NCBI RefSeq assembly: GCF_009914755.1 | Contig: NC_060926.1 | Source of the DNA: the human T2T-CHM13v2.0 reference genome, Homo sapiens | Reading direction: 5' to 3' (one strand) | Length of the DNA: 64,000 nt | Notes under the pieces: generated by a model | What the model was told of the DNA's origin: nothing | Seen by the model: only the letters and a program-made list of their open reading frames with translations | The model's database searches: none | Made by a program: the position numbers and the translations under genes | Shown here: one piece after another, positions 1 through 12,821 of the stretch | Layout of the letters: each line of letters starts with the position of its first letter | How positions within the stretch are numbered: the first letter of the stretch is position 1

Positions 1-120
1 TGGGTGCAGCACACCAACATGGCACATGTATACATATGTAACAAACCTGCACATTGTGCACATGTACCCTAGAACTTAAAGTATAATAAATATATATATA
101 TATATAACAAAAACAAAAAA
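1..120 (+). mobile_element. LINE-1 (L1PA) 3' end with (TA)n/A-rich tail, cut by the window edge
   Basis: Canonical L1PA 3' terminus GGGTGCAGCACACCAACATGGCACATGTATAC...CCTAGAACTTAAAGTATAATAAA. Confidence 0.93.
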
Positions 121-129
121 TAAGAAACA

Positions 130-489
130 ACATATAAAGTAATTCCAATATACCTTGCAGCAGACTTCCCAGCAGAAACCTTACAGGCTAAGAGGGAGTG
201 GAATGATAAATTCAAAGTGCTGAAGCATAAAGCCTGCCAATCAAGAATACTGTATCCAGATGCTAAAGAGCAACCCAAAACATCTCATCTGAAAGTACAA
301 AACTCACTGATAAAAGTAAATACACAGTGAAATTTAGAATTTTCTAAGTCTATAATGGTGGTATGTAAATCACAGAACTTTAGTGTGAAGGATAAAAACA
401 AAACTATTAAAACATAAAAACTACAAAAACTTGTTAAGGAATATGCAATAGAAAAACAATGTAAATTGTTACATCAAAAATTCAAAACA
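130..489 (+). mobile_element. Older LINE-1 (L1M-type) fragment, ORF1 C-terminal and inter-ORF region
   Basis: GCAGACTTCCCAGCAGAAACCTTACAGGCTAAGAGGGAGTGG encodes ADFPAETLQAKREW, matching the L1 ORF1p motif ADxSxETLQARREW. Confidence 0.75.
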
Positions 490-508
490 GACTGGGTGTG
501 GTGGCTCA

Positions 509-1820
509 GAAACCTGATAAAAACAAGCTATGGGTAAACGATTCCCTATTCAATAAATGGTTCCGGGATAACCTGCTATCCATATACATCCATATACAGA
601 AAATTAAAAATGGATCTCTTTCTTACACATTATATAACAATTAACTCAAGATGGATTAAAGACTTAAATGTAAAACCCAAAGCTATAAAAACAGTAGAAA
701 AAAAAAAACCTATGTAAGACCGTTCAGGACATAGGCTTAATCAAAGATTTCATGACTAATATGCCAAAAGCAATCGCAACAAAAAGAAAATTGACAAATG
801 AGACCTAATTACAGTTTCCACATAGTGAAAAAATCTATAAACAAAATAAACAGACAACCTACAACATGGGAGACAATTTTTGCAAACTATGCATCTGACA
901 AAGGTCTAATATCCAGCATCTATAAGGAACTTAAACAAATGTACAAAAAAAAAAAACCAACCCCATTAAAAAGTGGGCAAAGTACATAGACACTTCTCAA
1001 AAAAAAAAAAAAAAAAAAAAGACATACACGTGGCCAACAATCATATGAAAAAAATTCAACATCACTGATTATTAGAGAAACACAAATCAAAACCACAATG
1101 AGATACCATCTCACACCAGTCAGAATCGCTGTTATTAAAAAACCAAAAAAATAACAGATGCTGATGAGGTTTTGGAGAAAAGGGAATCCTTTTACACCAT
1201 TGGTGGGAGTGTAAATTAGTTCTACTATTGTGGAAGACAGTTCCTCAAAGACCTAAAGACGGAAATACCATTTGACCAGCAATCCCATTACTGGCTGTAT
1301 AACTAATGGAATATAACTTTATTTTATTATAAAGACACATGCATGGGAATATTCACTGCAGCACTATTCACAATACCAAAGACATGGAATCAACCTAAAT
1401 GCCCATCAATAATAGACTGAATAAAGAAAATGTAGTACAAATACAACACAGAACACTATGCAGCCACAAAAAAGAATGAGATCATCTCCTTTGCAGGAAC
1501 ATGGATAGGGCTGGTGGCCATTAGCCTTAGCAAATTAATGCAGGAACAGAAAACCAAATACCACATATTCTCACTTGTAAGTGGGAGCTAAATAATGAGA
1601 ACACGTGTACACATAGAGAGAAACAACACACACAGAAACCTATTGGAGGGTGGAGGGTGGGAGGAGAGAAAGGATCACGAAAAATAACTAACAGGTATTA
1701 CTAAATACCTGTGTGATGAAATGATCTGTACAACACCCCCATGACACAATTTTGCCTATATAAGAAACCTCACATGTAACCCAAAATTTAAAATAAAAGT
1801 TAATAAATAAGTAAATAAGT
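509..1820 (+). mobile_element. 5'-truncated LINE-1 (older L1PA, about PA13-16): ORF2 3' part and 3'UTR
   Basis: ORF 798..989 contains [31 protein letters not shown] (ORF2p C-terminal region); G-rich 3'UTR; AATAAAAG and A-rich tail at about 1793-1820. Confidence 0.9.
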
Positions 1821-2035
1821 AATCTCCAACTCTACAACACTAGGAGATTCTTCCAATTTTAAAATGGGATAAGGAAATAAAAATTACCATTACACATTTT
1901 ATTTTAAATTTTAAGTATCATACCAGAAAATATTTAAAAATATTTATGCACCTTATTTAATGTATTACATTGTTAAATAGCATTAAGTTATTTAACAATT
2001 ATTTAAAGCATCCATTTTCTGAATTATTAATACTT

Positions 2036-2175
2036 TTTTAACTTTTTAATTTATTTTTAAAGATGGGGTCTTGCTATGTTACTCAAGCTAGTCTCAAACC
2101 CCTGGCCTCAAGCAATCTTTTTACCTTGGCCTCCCAGAGTGTTGGGATTACTGATTTGAGCCATAATGCTCAGCC
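2036..2175 (-). mobile_element. Free left Alu monomer (FLAM-like)
   Basis: Reverse-complement Alu left arm (GGGGTCTTGCTATGTT...GGGATTAC...CAGCC) with T-rich tail; AATACTT flanks both sides (2029-2035, 2176-2182). Confidence 0.85.
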
Positions 2176-2464
2176 AATACTTATTTTTAAAACAGGATAA
2201 TTAACAGGATAATGCATCCAAGCCATTTGCAAAATTAATGCAGTTCTCAATTTTCTATTACATTACCTATCTTTACTATTCATCATATATTGTAAAGATT
2301 TACTTGATTTATTTTCATTACTAATTTTACACACATCCTTAGCCATTTACAGTTAAATATAGACCATGCTTTCACATAATAATTATAAATCATTAAAAAT
2401 AGATATGGAAAATACTGTAAAATTTCAATACATTAACAATTACAGACCAAATATTGTAAAGAAG

Positions 2465-2832
2465 TGATATGGGTTGTTTGTGTCCCCACTCAAATCTCAT
2501 CTTGAATTGTAGCTTCCATAAATTCCACTTGTCGTGGGAGGGACCCAATAGGATGTAACTGAATCATGGGGTTGGGTCTTTCCCCTGCTGTTCTCATGAT
2601 AGTGAATAGATGTCATGAGATCTGATGGTTTTATAAAGGGGGGGTTCCCCTACACAGGCTCTCTTTTGCCTGCTGCCATGTAAGACATGACTTTGCTCCT
2701 CCTTTGCCTTCCACCGTGATTCTGAGCCCTCCCCAGCCACATGGATCTCTGAGTCCCTTAAGCATCTTTTTCTTTATAAATTACCCAGTCTTGGGTATGT
2801 CTTTATTAGCAATATGAGAACAGACTAATACA
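2465..2832 (+). mobile_element. THE1-family (MaLR) solo LTR
   Basis: Starts TGATATGG, ends ACAGACTAATACA; typical THE1 body (GAATCATGGGG, GAGATCTGATGGTTTTATAA, TAAATTACCCAGTC). Confidence 0.92.
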
Positions 2833-5394
2833 AAGGAGAATGGCAATTTAAAAGTTATAATGTTGGGAGGAGTGGGAAAATCCATAGAAAATCACATTTT
2901 TCAAGAATTTAAAAATTACTCTAATTTTCTACTATCCTTACTGGACAGTTCATTTAGCTCTTGGATTCCAGGTGACTGACACTTTCATTGATTAATTTGA
3001 TTTTGTCGACATACATATCTCCTTAATATGTAAAAGCCCTTACATTGGTTATTATGAATTACTAACTGAAAACAGCTTCAGGGTAGAAGATTTAAAACAA
3101 AATCAATATTGAGTAGCCTGTTGATAAATATCACCTTGCTGACCTCCGCTACTCTGAATGGCTTTTTTTTTTTTCCTTCTGTTTGGCACATACAGCACAG
3201 GGGCTAAAGGACACTCATGGTCAAATACTGTTGGCTGCTGGGGGTCAATAGAAAAATGAAGGTAGTCAAAGAGACACCACCAGCTCACATGCCACACTAG
3301 CAAGATTCCAGATTTAGGTTATGTTTAGGTGACATTTATCTAATAAGAAAAGCCAAGCAGAATGATAAATGCTTTTCACTGTGTCTGAGGAGAAATGGGT
3401 TTATAAACAAGCACCTGCCATAAATCACAAAAACAGTTTGTCAAAAGTAACTAGAGATTAGATGCATCTTTTTAATTACTTGAGATATCTTGTGTCCTTC
3501 TTTCGAATCTTTCACTCCGCTCTCAGATCAACTATTCTATTCTGCTTTAAGCCTGAATTATTTCCATTCCATTTAAAACATGGGCTTACAGCCAGAATGC
3601 TTTTAAGATAGCTCCATGACTCCTGCAGTACTGTCCATAAATATATCTGGGAATAATTGCTAGATGCCCAATAATAAAATACCACAGATGAGCCACCACC
3701 TTCTCTCCAATTTTCCAGCTCTTTCTTCCTCATTACATATTAGTTTTGTACTTTAACACATTTGATGCTTACGTACATCTGTAGTAAGCTAGTGATTTTC
3801 AGTTTTGAAAGAGAATGGTTTAAAGAAATTAATACTTTTTTTCGACATAATGGCAAATAGTTTTTATTTGAAAGTTTTATCCATGTTACACAATATATGC
3901 AAAAATAGAACAAAAGAATGCTTCATAATATAAATGACACAGGAAGGGTCAAAATGTTTCTTTTGAAAAGTGTATTATGTTGAAAAGTAGTAGATCAAGT
4001 CCTACAAGTTTTCACTCTGCAGTATTATTAGCATCAATAAATTGTCTGAGTGCAAGAAAATACCCAATTTACAGCATAAAAATAAAAGATTAGATAGGAC
4101 AACAGCTTGGACATAACAACACATTGAATTAGACTTCCTTTTAAAATGTATTTGTGTTTCTTCCTGTAGCTACAATACTTAATTGATGCACAATTTCTCT
4201 AATAGTGTGCCTTCATATTGGTTAACAAAAGAGCTTTGCAGTAATCACAGAATAAAAAGTGTGGAGCAACACAATAAATATCTCAGCACTTGGGTCAGCC
4301 CATTTAATTTTCCTTTCAAATTCAATTGTTCACCTGCTGTGCTTATTAAATACAAGCATACTATCTGTATTTGAATGCACTGGCTGTGTCATTTTGGCTC
4401 TTTCTACCTACTGCTTTTGCCATTTCTAATGAGAGCTGCCTGTGTACAGCATATCCTCAGAATTTAAATTAGGTATGCTTTTCCACACACAATTTTCAGT
4501 TATTTAAATTACCATATAACTAATTTATAATCATAGTATTTCTACTGGCTAATCAACATATTATCTTTATAGTAGTTTGAGGAACAACATACATTGCCAA
4601 AGGGAACATTTTAAATTAGTAAGTTATGTGAGTTGCTTAGTAAATTATGACCAATTAGAGATGCTTTTAGATTTCAATACGTTTAATGTTTGGGTGCTCA
4701 GATATTTGTTGATGGATTGGTAGAATTAATTAGCATTTGTAAAAATAGAACTTACTGTCTCTGTCTATAGCGATATTTTTGTAATGACTTATGTGACAGC
4801 TTTTATTCAATTATTTAATAATACAATTCTAATATTTTCATAAATAAATAAAAAGAACCAGTTGAAATTGAAAAAAGAAAAGTGGAATAATTGGCTATGC
4901 AGAATTTTAATAACAGATATGATTATGCAGCTGAAAAATAATATATATTTTTATATTACTTAGATATTTCAGATTCATATATGTACCAAATAATCCATGT
5001 TAACACTAGAAATTTCATTAGTATAGAAATGAATAACAGTAAAAAAGAAATAAAAATCAAAATTAATGAATTATAGTATCTTTCAATATTAAATTTTTAA
5101 AAAGTGTTAGGTCTTAAATAGAAAATCATTGGAAACAAGGGCTCACTTTAACTTAACCCATTAAATTATTTTTTTTAAAGTGAAAATTATTCATAATAAT
5201 TTTAAACTAGATAACTATACTTTGACTTTTACTTAGCGCCTCCTATATAACTATTATTCAATAACTGATATGAGTAATATACATTTATAATAAAAATATG
5301 TTATATAATATATGACATCAAAATATTAACACAACTATATCACATATGATATTCCATAATATATGCGATATTACATACTATAATAAAAGTTAGC

Positions 5395-5490
5395 ATGTTA
5401 TACATATGTATGTATATACACATGTGGTTATACATTTGTATATATGTGTATGCATATGTGTGTGTATACACACATATGCATACACATAGA
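5395..5490. repeat. (TA/TG/CA)n low-complexity tract containing a perfect inverted repeat
   Basis: Alternating purine-pyrimidine sequence; 20-bp arms at 5443-5462 and 5469-5488. Confidence 0.85.
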
Positions 5491-7591
5491 TTCTTAGTTG
5501 CTTTTATTAAACTTTGACTACTCTTTTAAGAGTCTATATTTCTTCACATTGACACTAGGATACAGACTGCTTTTGTTTACTCTCTTCTTTCTATTTAAGA
5601 CTTTTACTATTATTAAAAATCATTCTGAGACCCTAAGAGCTAATATAAAGAGCACTTTAGCTAATGAAGTAAATTAACAATAAAAAAGCAATTTCACCTC
5701 TTGCTATATACCTTAGAAAAACAAGCCTTTATCACCACACATGTTCAATTATGTTCATGGTAGCAATATTCCTAGTATCCAAACACTGAACTGAGATATT
5801 GACATGGGTAATCAAACAAACGGGGCTAAAGAATGGATAAAAATAAACTGTGATATAGAATGAATCCCATTGAAAGCAAGTATTCTCATATTCTTATATT
5901 GGTTTTGGAGAAGTCAAACAGTATCTAGTAAGCTTACACTTTGTGAACTTTACAATCCATGTTAAAATTTTACATTTATAAACAAAACAATATAAATCTT
6001 CTACTTAGGAATTTCCAGCTAAAAGCTGCAAACTTGTGAATTAAAAATTAACTGCCATAGTACAAAGATAAATAAAGGAATAGTTAAAAATAACATTATA
6101 AACTAAAATAATTGTTGAAAATACGGAACCCAAAAAAGCATAAAGACATCCAGATTAAGTATAAAATTAAATAATATAATCAGATCTAATTTTATCAGGG
6201 GTCCCAACAAATATCCCTGAAAAAACGTTTTTAAAAATATTTTTAATTTTTTGATTAATATAAAAGTTAAATATTCAGCTATATAAAACATGTAATACAT
6301 AGATGATAAAATATTTTAATACAGAAATGTAATATAATTTTTAAAAAATGGAAGTAGATCGGGCAACAGTAGTAAATAAAACTAGAGGTAATAATATTAA
6401 TATAAAATAAAGTATATATTAATATAAAAAGTATTATTAGGGGCAGAATGCCACCAACATGACACATGAGAAAATTCACTGAGACGTTATCTATAATTTA
6501 AAAATTCTATGTATCTAACAATAATAGTCTTCACATATATGAGTTTTGGTAGGGAGTTTATAGATGTTCAATATATTATTATCTTTACTCTTTGTGTATA
6601 TGAAATATTTCAGAATATATATCAATTTGTAAATGCAGAAACATTTTAAATAATTGTAAAATGTTAAAATAGTTGTGACCAGTAATTTTCTGTTAAACTG
6701 GTCAAAATGAGTAAAAATAGTTATTAAATTCTTTGGAGATTTATAAAAAGGCTTACAGTATATTAAGAAATAATTTTTTAACAACAACTGAAACTTAGTA
6801 AGAACAGTGGGAGGTCATAGCATTCAATCTAGAGTATGAACCCATCCCCCATATGCCTGTGCCTTGGAGAAAGGCTTTCTACTGCTCAGAAGTCAAGGGG
6901 ACCCTTTTTTTTTTGAGGTGGAAGGCTTTCTGCATGAATACAGCAACCAGTGAACAAGGGCAGATCCTATTTTCCACAGTTAAACGGGAAAATAATCTTT
7001 CCAACATTGAATGTGGATATCCACATTCAAGAGAATAAAGCTAGGCTTCTACTTCTCACTATACACAAAAATTAGCTCCCATTGAATCATAGATCAACAT
7101 GTAAGAACAAAAAGCTGTAAATTGCATAAAAGAAAATATAGAAGTAAATTGTTGTAAACTTAGGTTAGGGTTTCTTAGATACAAAACCAAAAGCACTCAT
7201 GACAAAATAATTATTACACAGATAAATAGGAGTTTTTCAATTTTAAAAACTTTTGTGCTGAAAATAAAACCCTCAAGAAAGTAAGAAGGCACAACAGAAA
7301 GTGAGATAGCACTTGCAAATCATATGTGCTGTGAGAGACCTGTATCCCTAATGTAGAATAAAAATTTACAAACCAATAATTAAAAGACAAATAATCCAAT
7401 TTAAAATTAGATTTTAAAAATGAGCAAAGGAGACACATAGACATTTCTCTAGAAAGATGTATAATTGTAAAATAAACATATGAAAAATTACACATCATTA
7501 AGTATTAAGGAATGCAAATCAAAACCACAATGAGATATCAGTTTGAACTTACTAGGATTATTATGATAAGAAAGATAGTAACCAGTGTTTG

Positions 7592-8057
7592 TGTTGTGAG
7601 CTAAATGTGTCCCCACACAATTTCATATCTTGAAGCCTAATTCACAGTACCTCAGACTATGACTGTATTCAGAGATAGAACCTTCAGAGAGGTATTTATG
7701 TTAAAAATAGGCTGTTAAGGTGGACCCTGATTCAATATGACTGATATTGGAAAGGAGATTAGGATACTGATAACAGACAGACACTACAAGCATACAGGCA
7801 CAGGGGTACTACTGATAAGAGACAAACACCAGGGGCATACAGGAACAGAGGAACTGCCTTGTAAAGAGGTACAAGAGGGTCGCCACCTGCAAGCCAAGAA
7901 GACAGGCTTCAGGCAAAATCAGCCTTGCTGGACCTTTGATCATGGACTTCTATCTTGAAGAACTGTGAGAAAATAAATATCTTTTTTTAAAGGCACCGAG
8001 CCTATGTGGGGGGTGTGGGTGTGTGCATGAATGTGTCAGCCCTAGCCAACTAATACA
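7592..8057 (+). mobile_element. MLT1-family (MaLR) solo LTR nested in the L1M
   Basis: TGTTGTGAGCTAAATGTGTCCCC start, GAACTGTGAGAAAATAAAT, ends AACTAATACA; internal ~42-bp duplication at 7765-7806/7810-7851. Confidence 0.82.
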
Positions 8058-8330
8058 CTTGGAAAAATATTTTTTAAAAATCAGAGAAATTGGAAATCTC
8101 ATACATTGCTAAAGTGATCGTAAAATGGACAAAATTTTGAAACTTTCTCAAATTGTTGGATATCACAATACTATCTGATCCACATATATATTCAAGAGAA
8201 GTAAAGTCACACATCCACAGGCCAACTGTACAATGTTCATAGAAGCCTTATCCATAATAGCCAAAAGGAGGAAACAGCCCAAGTGTTCGTGGATTGATGA
8301 ATTTGTGAAGAAAATACAGTACATTCATAT

Positions 8331-9841
8331 TGAGAGATGACAGCGTGCTGGCAGCTCTCGCAGCCCTCGCTCACTCTCCGCACCTCTGGGGCATTGGCAC
8401 CCACTCTTGCCACGCTTGAGGAACCCTTCAGCCCGCTGGTGCACTGTGGGAGCCCCTTTCTGGGCTGGCCAAGGCCGGAGCCGGCTCCCTCAGCTTGCAG
8501 GGAGGTGTGGAGGGAGAGGCGCAGGTGGGAACCAGGGCTGCGCGGCGTGCTTGTGGGCCAGCGCAAGTTCCAGGTGGGCGTGGGCTCGGCAGGCCCCACA
8601 CTCAGAGTGGCCAGCCTGCCCCGCTGGCCCTGGGCAGTGAGGGGCTTAGGACCCGGGCCAGTAGCTGTGGAGGGTGCGCTGGGTCCCCCAGCCGTGCCGG
8701 CCCAACAGCGCTTCACTTGATTTCTTGCCGGGCCTTAGCTGCCTCCCTGCGGGCAGGGTTTGGGACCTGCAGCCCACCATGCCTGAGCCTCCCCCTACTG
8801 CCGTGGGCTCCTATGTGGCCCAAGCCTCCCCGACGAGCGCTGCCCCCTGCTCCACAGCACCTGGTCCCATCGACGGCCCAAGGGCTGAGGAGTGAGGACA
8901 CAAGGTGCTGAACTGGCAGGCAGCTCCACCTGTGGCCCCAGTGCGGGATCCACAGGGTGAAGCCAGCTGGGCTCCTGAGTCTAGTGGGGACTTGGAGAAC
9001 CTTTATGTTTAGCTAAGGGATTGTAAATATACCAATCAGTGCTCTGTATCTAGCTCAAGGTTTGTAAACACACCAGTCAGCACCCTTTGTCTAGCTCAGG
9101 GTTTGTGGATGCACCAATCGGCACTCTGTATCTAGCTAATCTGGTGGGGACTTGGAGAATCTTTGTGTCTAGCTAAGGGATTGTGAATACACCAATCAGC
9201 ACCCTGTGTCTAACTCAAGGTTTGTAAATGCACCAATAAGCCCTCTGTGTCTAGCTGATGTGGTGGGAACTTGGAGAACTTTTGTGTCTAGCTCAGGGAT
9301 TGTAAATGCACCAATCAGCACCCTGTCAAAACAGACCAATCAGCTCTCTGTAAAATGGACCAATCAGTAGGATGTGGGTGGGGCCAGATAAGGGAATAAA
9401 AGCACGCTGCCCGAGCCAGCTGTGGCAAACTGCTCAGGTCCCCTTCCACACTGTAGAAACTTTGTTCTTTTGCTCTTTGCAATAAATCTTGCTGCTGCTC
9501 ACTCTTTGGATCCACACTGCCTTTATGAGCTGTAATACTCATGGCAAAGGTCCGCAGCTTCACTCCTGAAGCCAGTGAGACCACAAACCCACCAGGAGGA
9601 ATGAACAACTCCAGATGTGCCACCTTAAGAGCTGTAACACTCACTGCAAAGGTCTGCAGCTTCACTCCTGAAGCCAGCGTTACCACAAACCCACCGGAAG
9701 GAAGAAACTCTGAACACATCTGAGCATCAGAAGGAACAAACTCTGGACATGCCACCTTTAATAACTGTAACACTCACCGCGAGGGCCCACAGCTTCATTC
9801 TTGAAGTCAGTGAGACCAAAAACCCACCAATTCCAGGCACA
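8331..9841 (+). mobile_element. LTR12 (ERV9) solo LTR, LTR12C/E-like
   Basis: TGAGAG...ACAGCGTGCTGGCAG start, CCACCAATTCCAGGCACA end; 4-bp TSD ATAT (8327-8330/9842-9845); GC-rich 5' part followed by tandem CCAAT-bearing repeats. Confidence 0.96.
9020..9490 (+). promoter_or_regulatory. LTR12 U3 enhancer/promoter: tandem CCAAT (NF-Y) boxes, TATA-like GGGAATAAAAGC, poly(A) signal
   Basis: About seven CCAAT motifs between 9032 and 9365; GGGAATAAAAGC at 9392-9403; AATAAA at 9481-9486. Motifs are seen; activity is not shown. Confidence 0.7.
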
Positions 9842-10937
9842 ATATCATGGAATTTTATTCAGGAATAAAACAAATGAAGCATTGCTGCATGTAATAATAT
9901 GCGTAAACTTCGAAAATACTATGCTCACTAGGTATTCATATTACCACATGTAAAATGGATTCATTTATTTGTTATGTCTAGAATAAGTAAGTCTATGGAA
10001 ATTAAATTAGGTTAGTTATTGAACAGGCATTGGCGGTAGCTGGGAACGAGGGACTGTAAACAGGTACAGGATTTCTTTTTAGGAAAGGGATGATGACTAG
10101 TTTCTTAAATGATAGTAATGGTTGTACAACAAAAACACTGAATAGTACACATTAAAAGCTATAGTATTATGATATGTGTATTAAAACTCAATAAAGTAGT
10201 TAAAACTGAGTATTTGCTAAATTCTAAGTTTTAAATAGTCAATGAACAATTTGTTCATGTTCACATGTTATCAAAGCTTTATTTTCTCTGGATCAGTGAG
10301 AAATTATGGGGCTAAACTCTGAAAGTAAAAGAAAATCTAGAAAGTTGAGTCCATTACTTGAAACTAAGAAGTTAAACTGAGCTTTTAAAACCTCATTGGT
10401 ATGAAAAGAAATGTACATGTCATGGTTTATACAGCAAATGGAAAAAATAATTATTATTGGACTTGGTTTGAGACCTCTAGTTTACACCATAATTATAAAA
10501 CTGGAATTTAAATAAACTATCTCTAGTGACTAAAATTCTGTTTAAATTATGTTATTCCTTCATGAGATTAAATAATTTTACAATGTTGATGATGTTAGTC
10601 TATTTGTCTGCTAGACATGAATTGAAGTCTCTGAAGTAAGATTTCATCATCCAGAAAATTAAATTTTATGTAATTTGTTATATCAAGTGTGTGGCACTTA
10701 ACCAAACCTAACTAGAAATACAAAGAGAGAAAACAATTGACCAAAAGTCAAGAGCATTCAATAGAAATAACTGAAATAGGATAAGACAATGCAGTCATCA
10801 TATATGGACATTGAAATAACTATTCTTCTTCATTCAAATAGCAGACAAGATAGGTAACTTTATCACAGAACTGAGATGTTACAAAATAGAAAAAATAATA
10901 GTAAAATAAAAATAATACAAAAAAATACAATGAAATA

Positions 10938-12029
10938 TATTGGGGAAACCTGCCCCCAGTATTTCAACTTAGGTTCTTTCTATTTTCCATAAGTGTTGAC
11001 CAGCTGAGAAATAAAGAGAGATAGTATAAAGAGAGGAATTTTACAGCTGGGCCACCAGGGGTGACATCACATATCGGTAATTGTGATGCCTGCCTGAGCC
11101 TTAAACCAGCAAGTTTTTATTAAGGTTTTCAAAAGGGGAGGGGGTGTAAGAACAGGGAGTAGATACAAAGGTCACATGCTTCAAAGGGCAAAAAGCAGAG
11201 CCACTAATAGGGTCTAACAAAGATCACATGCTTCTAAGGGAACAGGACAAAGGGCAAAAGCAGAACTACTGATAAGGGTCCAACAAAGATCACAAGTCTA
11301 AGGGCAAAAGCAGAACCACTGATAAGGGTCTATGTTCAGCGGTGCACGTATTGTCTTGATAAACATCTTAAACAACAGAAAAGAGGGTTCAAGAGCAGAG
11401 AACTGGTCTGACCACAAATTTACCAGGGTGGAGTTTTCCCCCTCCCTAGTAAGCCTGAGGGTTCTGCAGGAGACCAGGGCATATCTCAGTCCTTATTTCA
11501 ACTGCATAAGACAGACACTGCCAGAGCAGCCGTTTACAGACCTCCACCCAGGAATGCATTCCTTTCCAAGGGTGTTAATATTAATATTCCTTGCTAGGAA
11601 AATAATTTAGCGATATGTCTCCTACTTGCATGTCTGTTTATAGGGTCTCTGCAAAAAGAACAATATGGCTTTTTTTACCTGATCCCGCAGGCAGTCAGAC
11701 CTTATGGTTGTCTTCCCTTGTTCCTTAAAAATCACTGTTATTCTGTTCTTTTTCAAGGTGCACTGATTTCATATTGTTCAAACACACATGTTTTACATTC
11801 AATTTGTACAGTTAACACAATTATCACAGTGGTCCTGAGGTGACATACATCCTCAGTTTAGGAAGATAACAGGATTAAGAGATTAAAGTAAAGACAGGCA
11901 TAAGAAATTATAAAATTATTATTTGGGAACTGACAAATGTACATATTAATATGAAATCTTCACAATTTATGTTCCTCTGCCATGGCTTCAGCTGGTCCGT
12001 CTGTTCGGGGTCCCTGACTTCCCACAACA
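10938..12029 (-). mobile_element. MER11 (HERV-K11/HML-8) solo LTR
   Basis: Reverse complement begins TGTTGTGGGAAGTCAGGGACCCCGAAC...GCTGAAGCCATGGCAGAGGAACATAAATTGTGAAGATTTC; perfect 6-bp TSD GAAATA (10932-10937/12030-12035). Confidence 0.95.
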
Positions 12030-12418
12030 GAAATATTTTTGTATTTTCTCAAAATAGGAAAAAAATGCAAACAATAAAATAGTAGAAGTCATATATGAAA
12101 TTCAATGAGTGGTTTTATGACATATTAGTCTCAGTTTATGAGAAAATTAGTGATCTCTATATGTGACACGAAAATGTCCAGAGAAAAAAATAGCAGATAA
12201 TATAGAGGAAAGGAGACTAGACAAGTCTTTTGCAATATGAGAAAATATTATGATATATATTTTTTAGTTTTCCAAGGTAAAGGGAAAAAAAGGGGGTGGT
12301 AGAAAATATGAGGAGATAATGGCTGAAAATTTTACAAAATGAACAAGTTACAAACTACACATTTAAAAGTTTAATGAATCCTACAGTTTATTTATAGCTC
12401 CTAAAGGATTAAAAAATA

Positions 12419-12821
<403 letters not shown>

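Larger units (their letters stand above)
6985..10205 (+). mobile_element. Old L1M (L1MB-like) ORF2 3' end and 3'UTR, interrupted by an MLT1 LTR and an LTR12
   Basis: L1 motifs GAATGCAAATCAAAACCACAATGAGATATC (about 7510) and ATAATAGCCAAAAGGAGGAAACAGCCCAAGTG (about 8254); resumes with CATGGAAT after the LTR12; ends CTCAATAAAG at about 10190. Confidence 0.78.

Noticed and set aside
3135-3156. Possible CTCF motif (minus strand TAGCGGAGGTCAGCA)
   Set aside because: Several mismatches to the core consensus; cannot be supported without a PWM scan or ChIP data.
8990-9370. Regularly spaced ~40-bp repeats resembling a CRISPR array
   Set aside because: These are the known LTR12 U3 tandem repeats; there are no unique spacers, no cas genes, and the context is eukaryotic.
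8237-9773. Multiple 60-159 aa ORFs
   Set aside because: They lie within or run out of the GC-rich LTR12; no recognisable domains.
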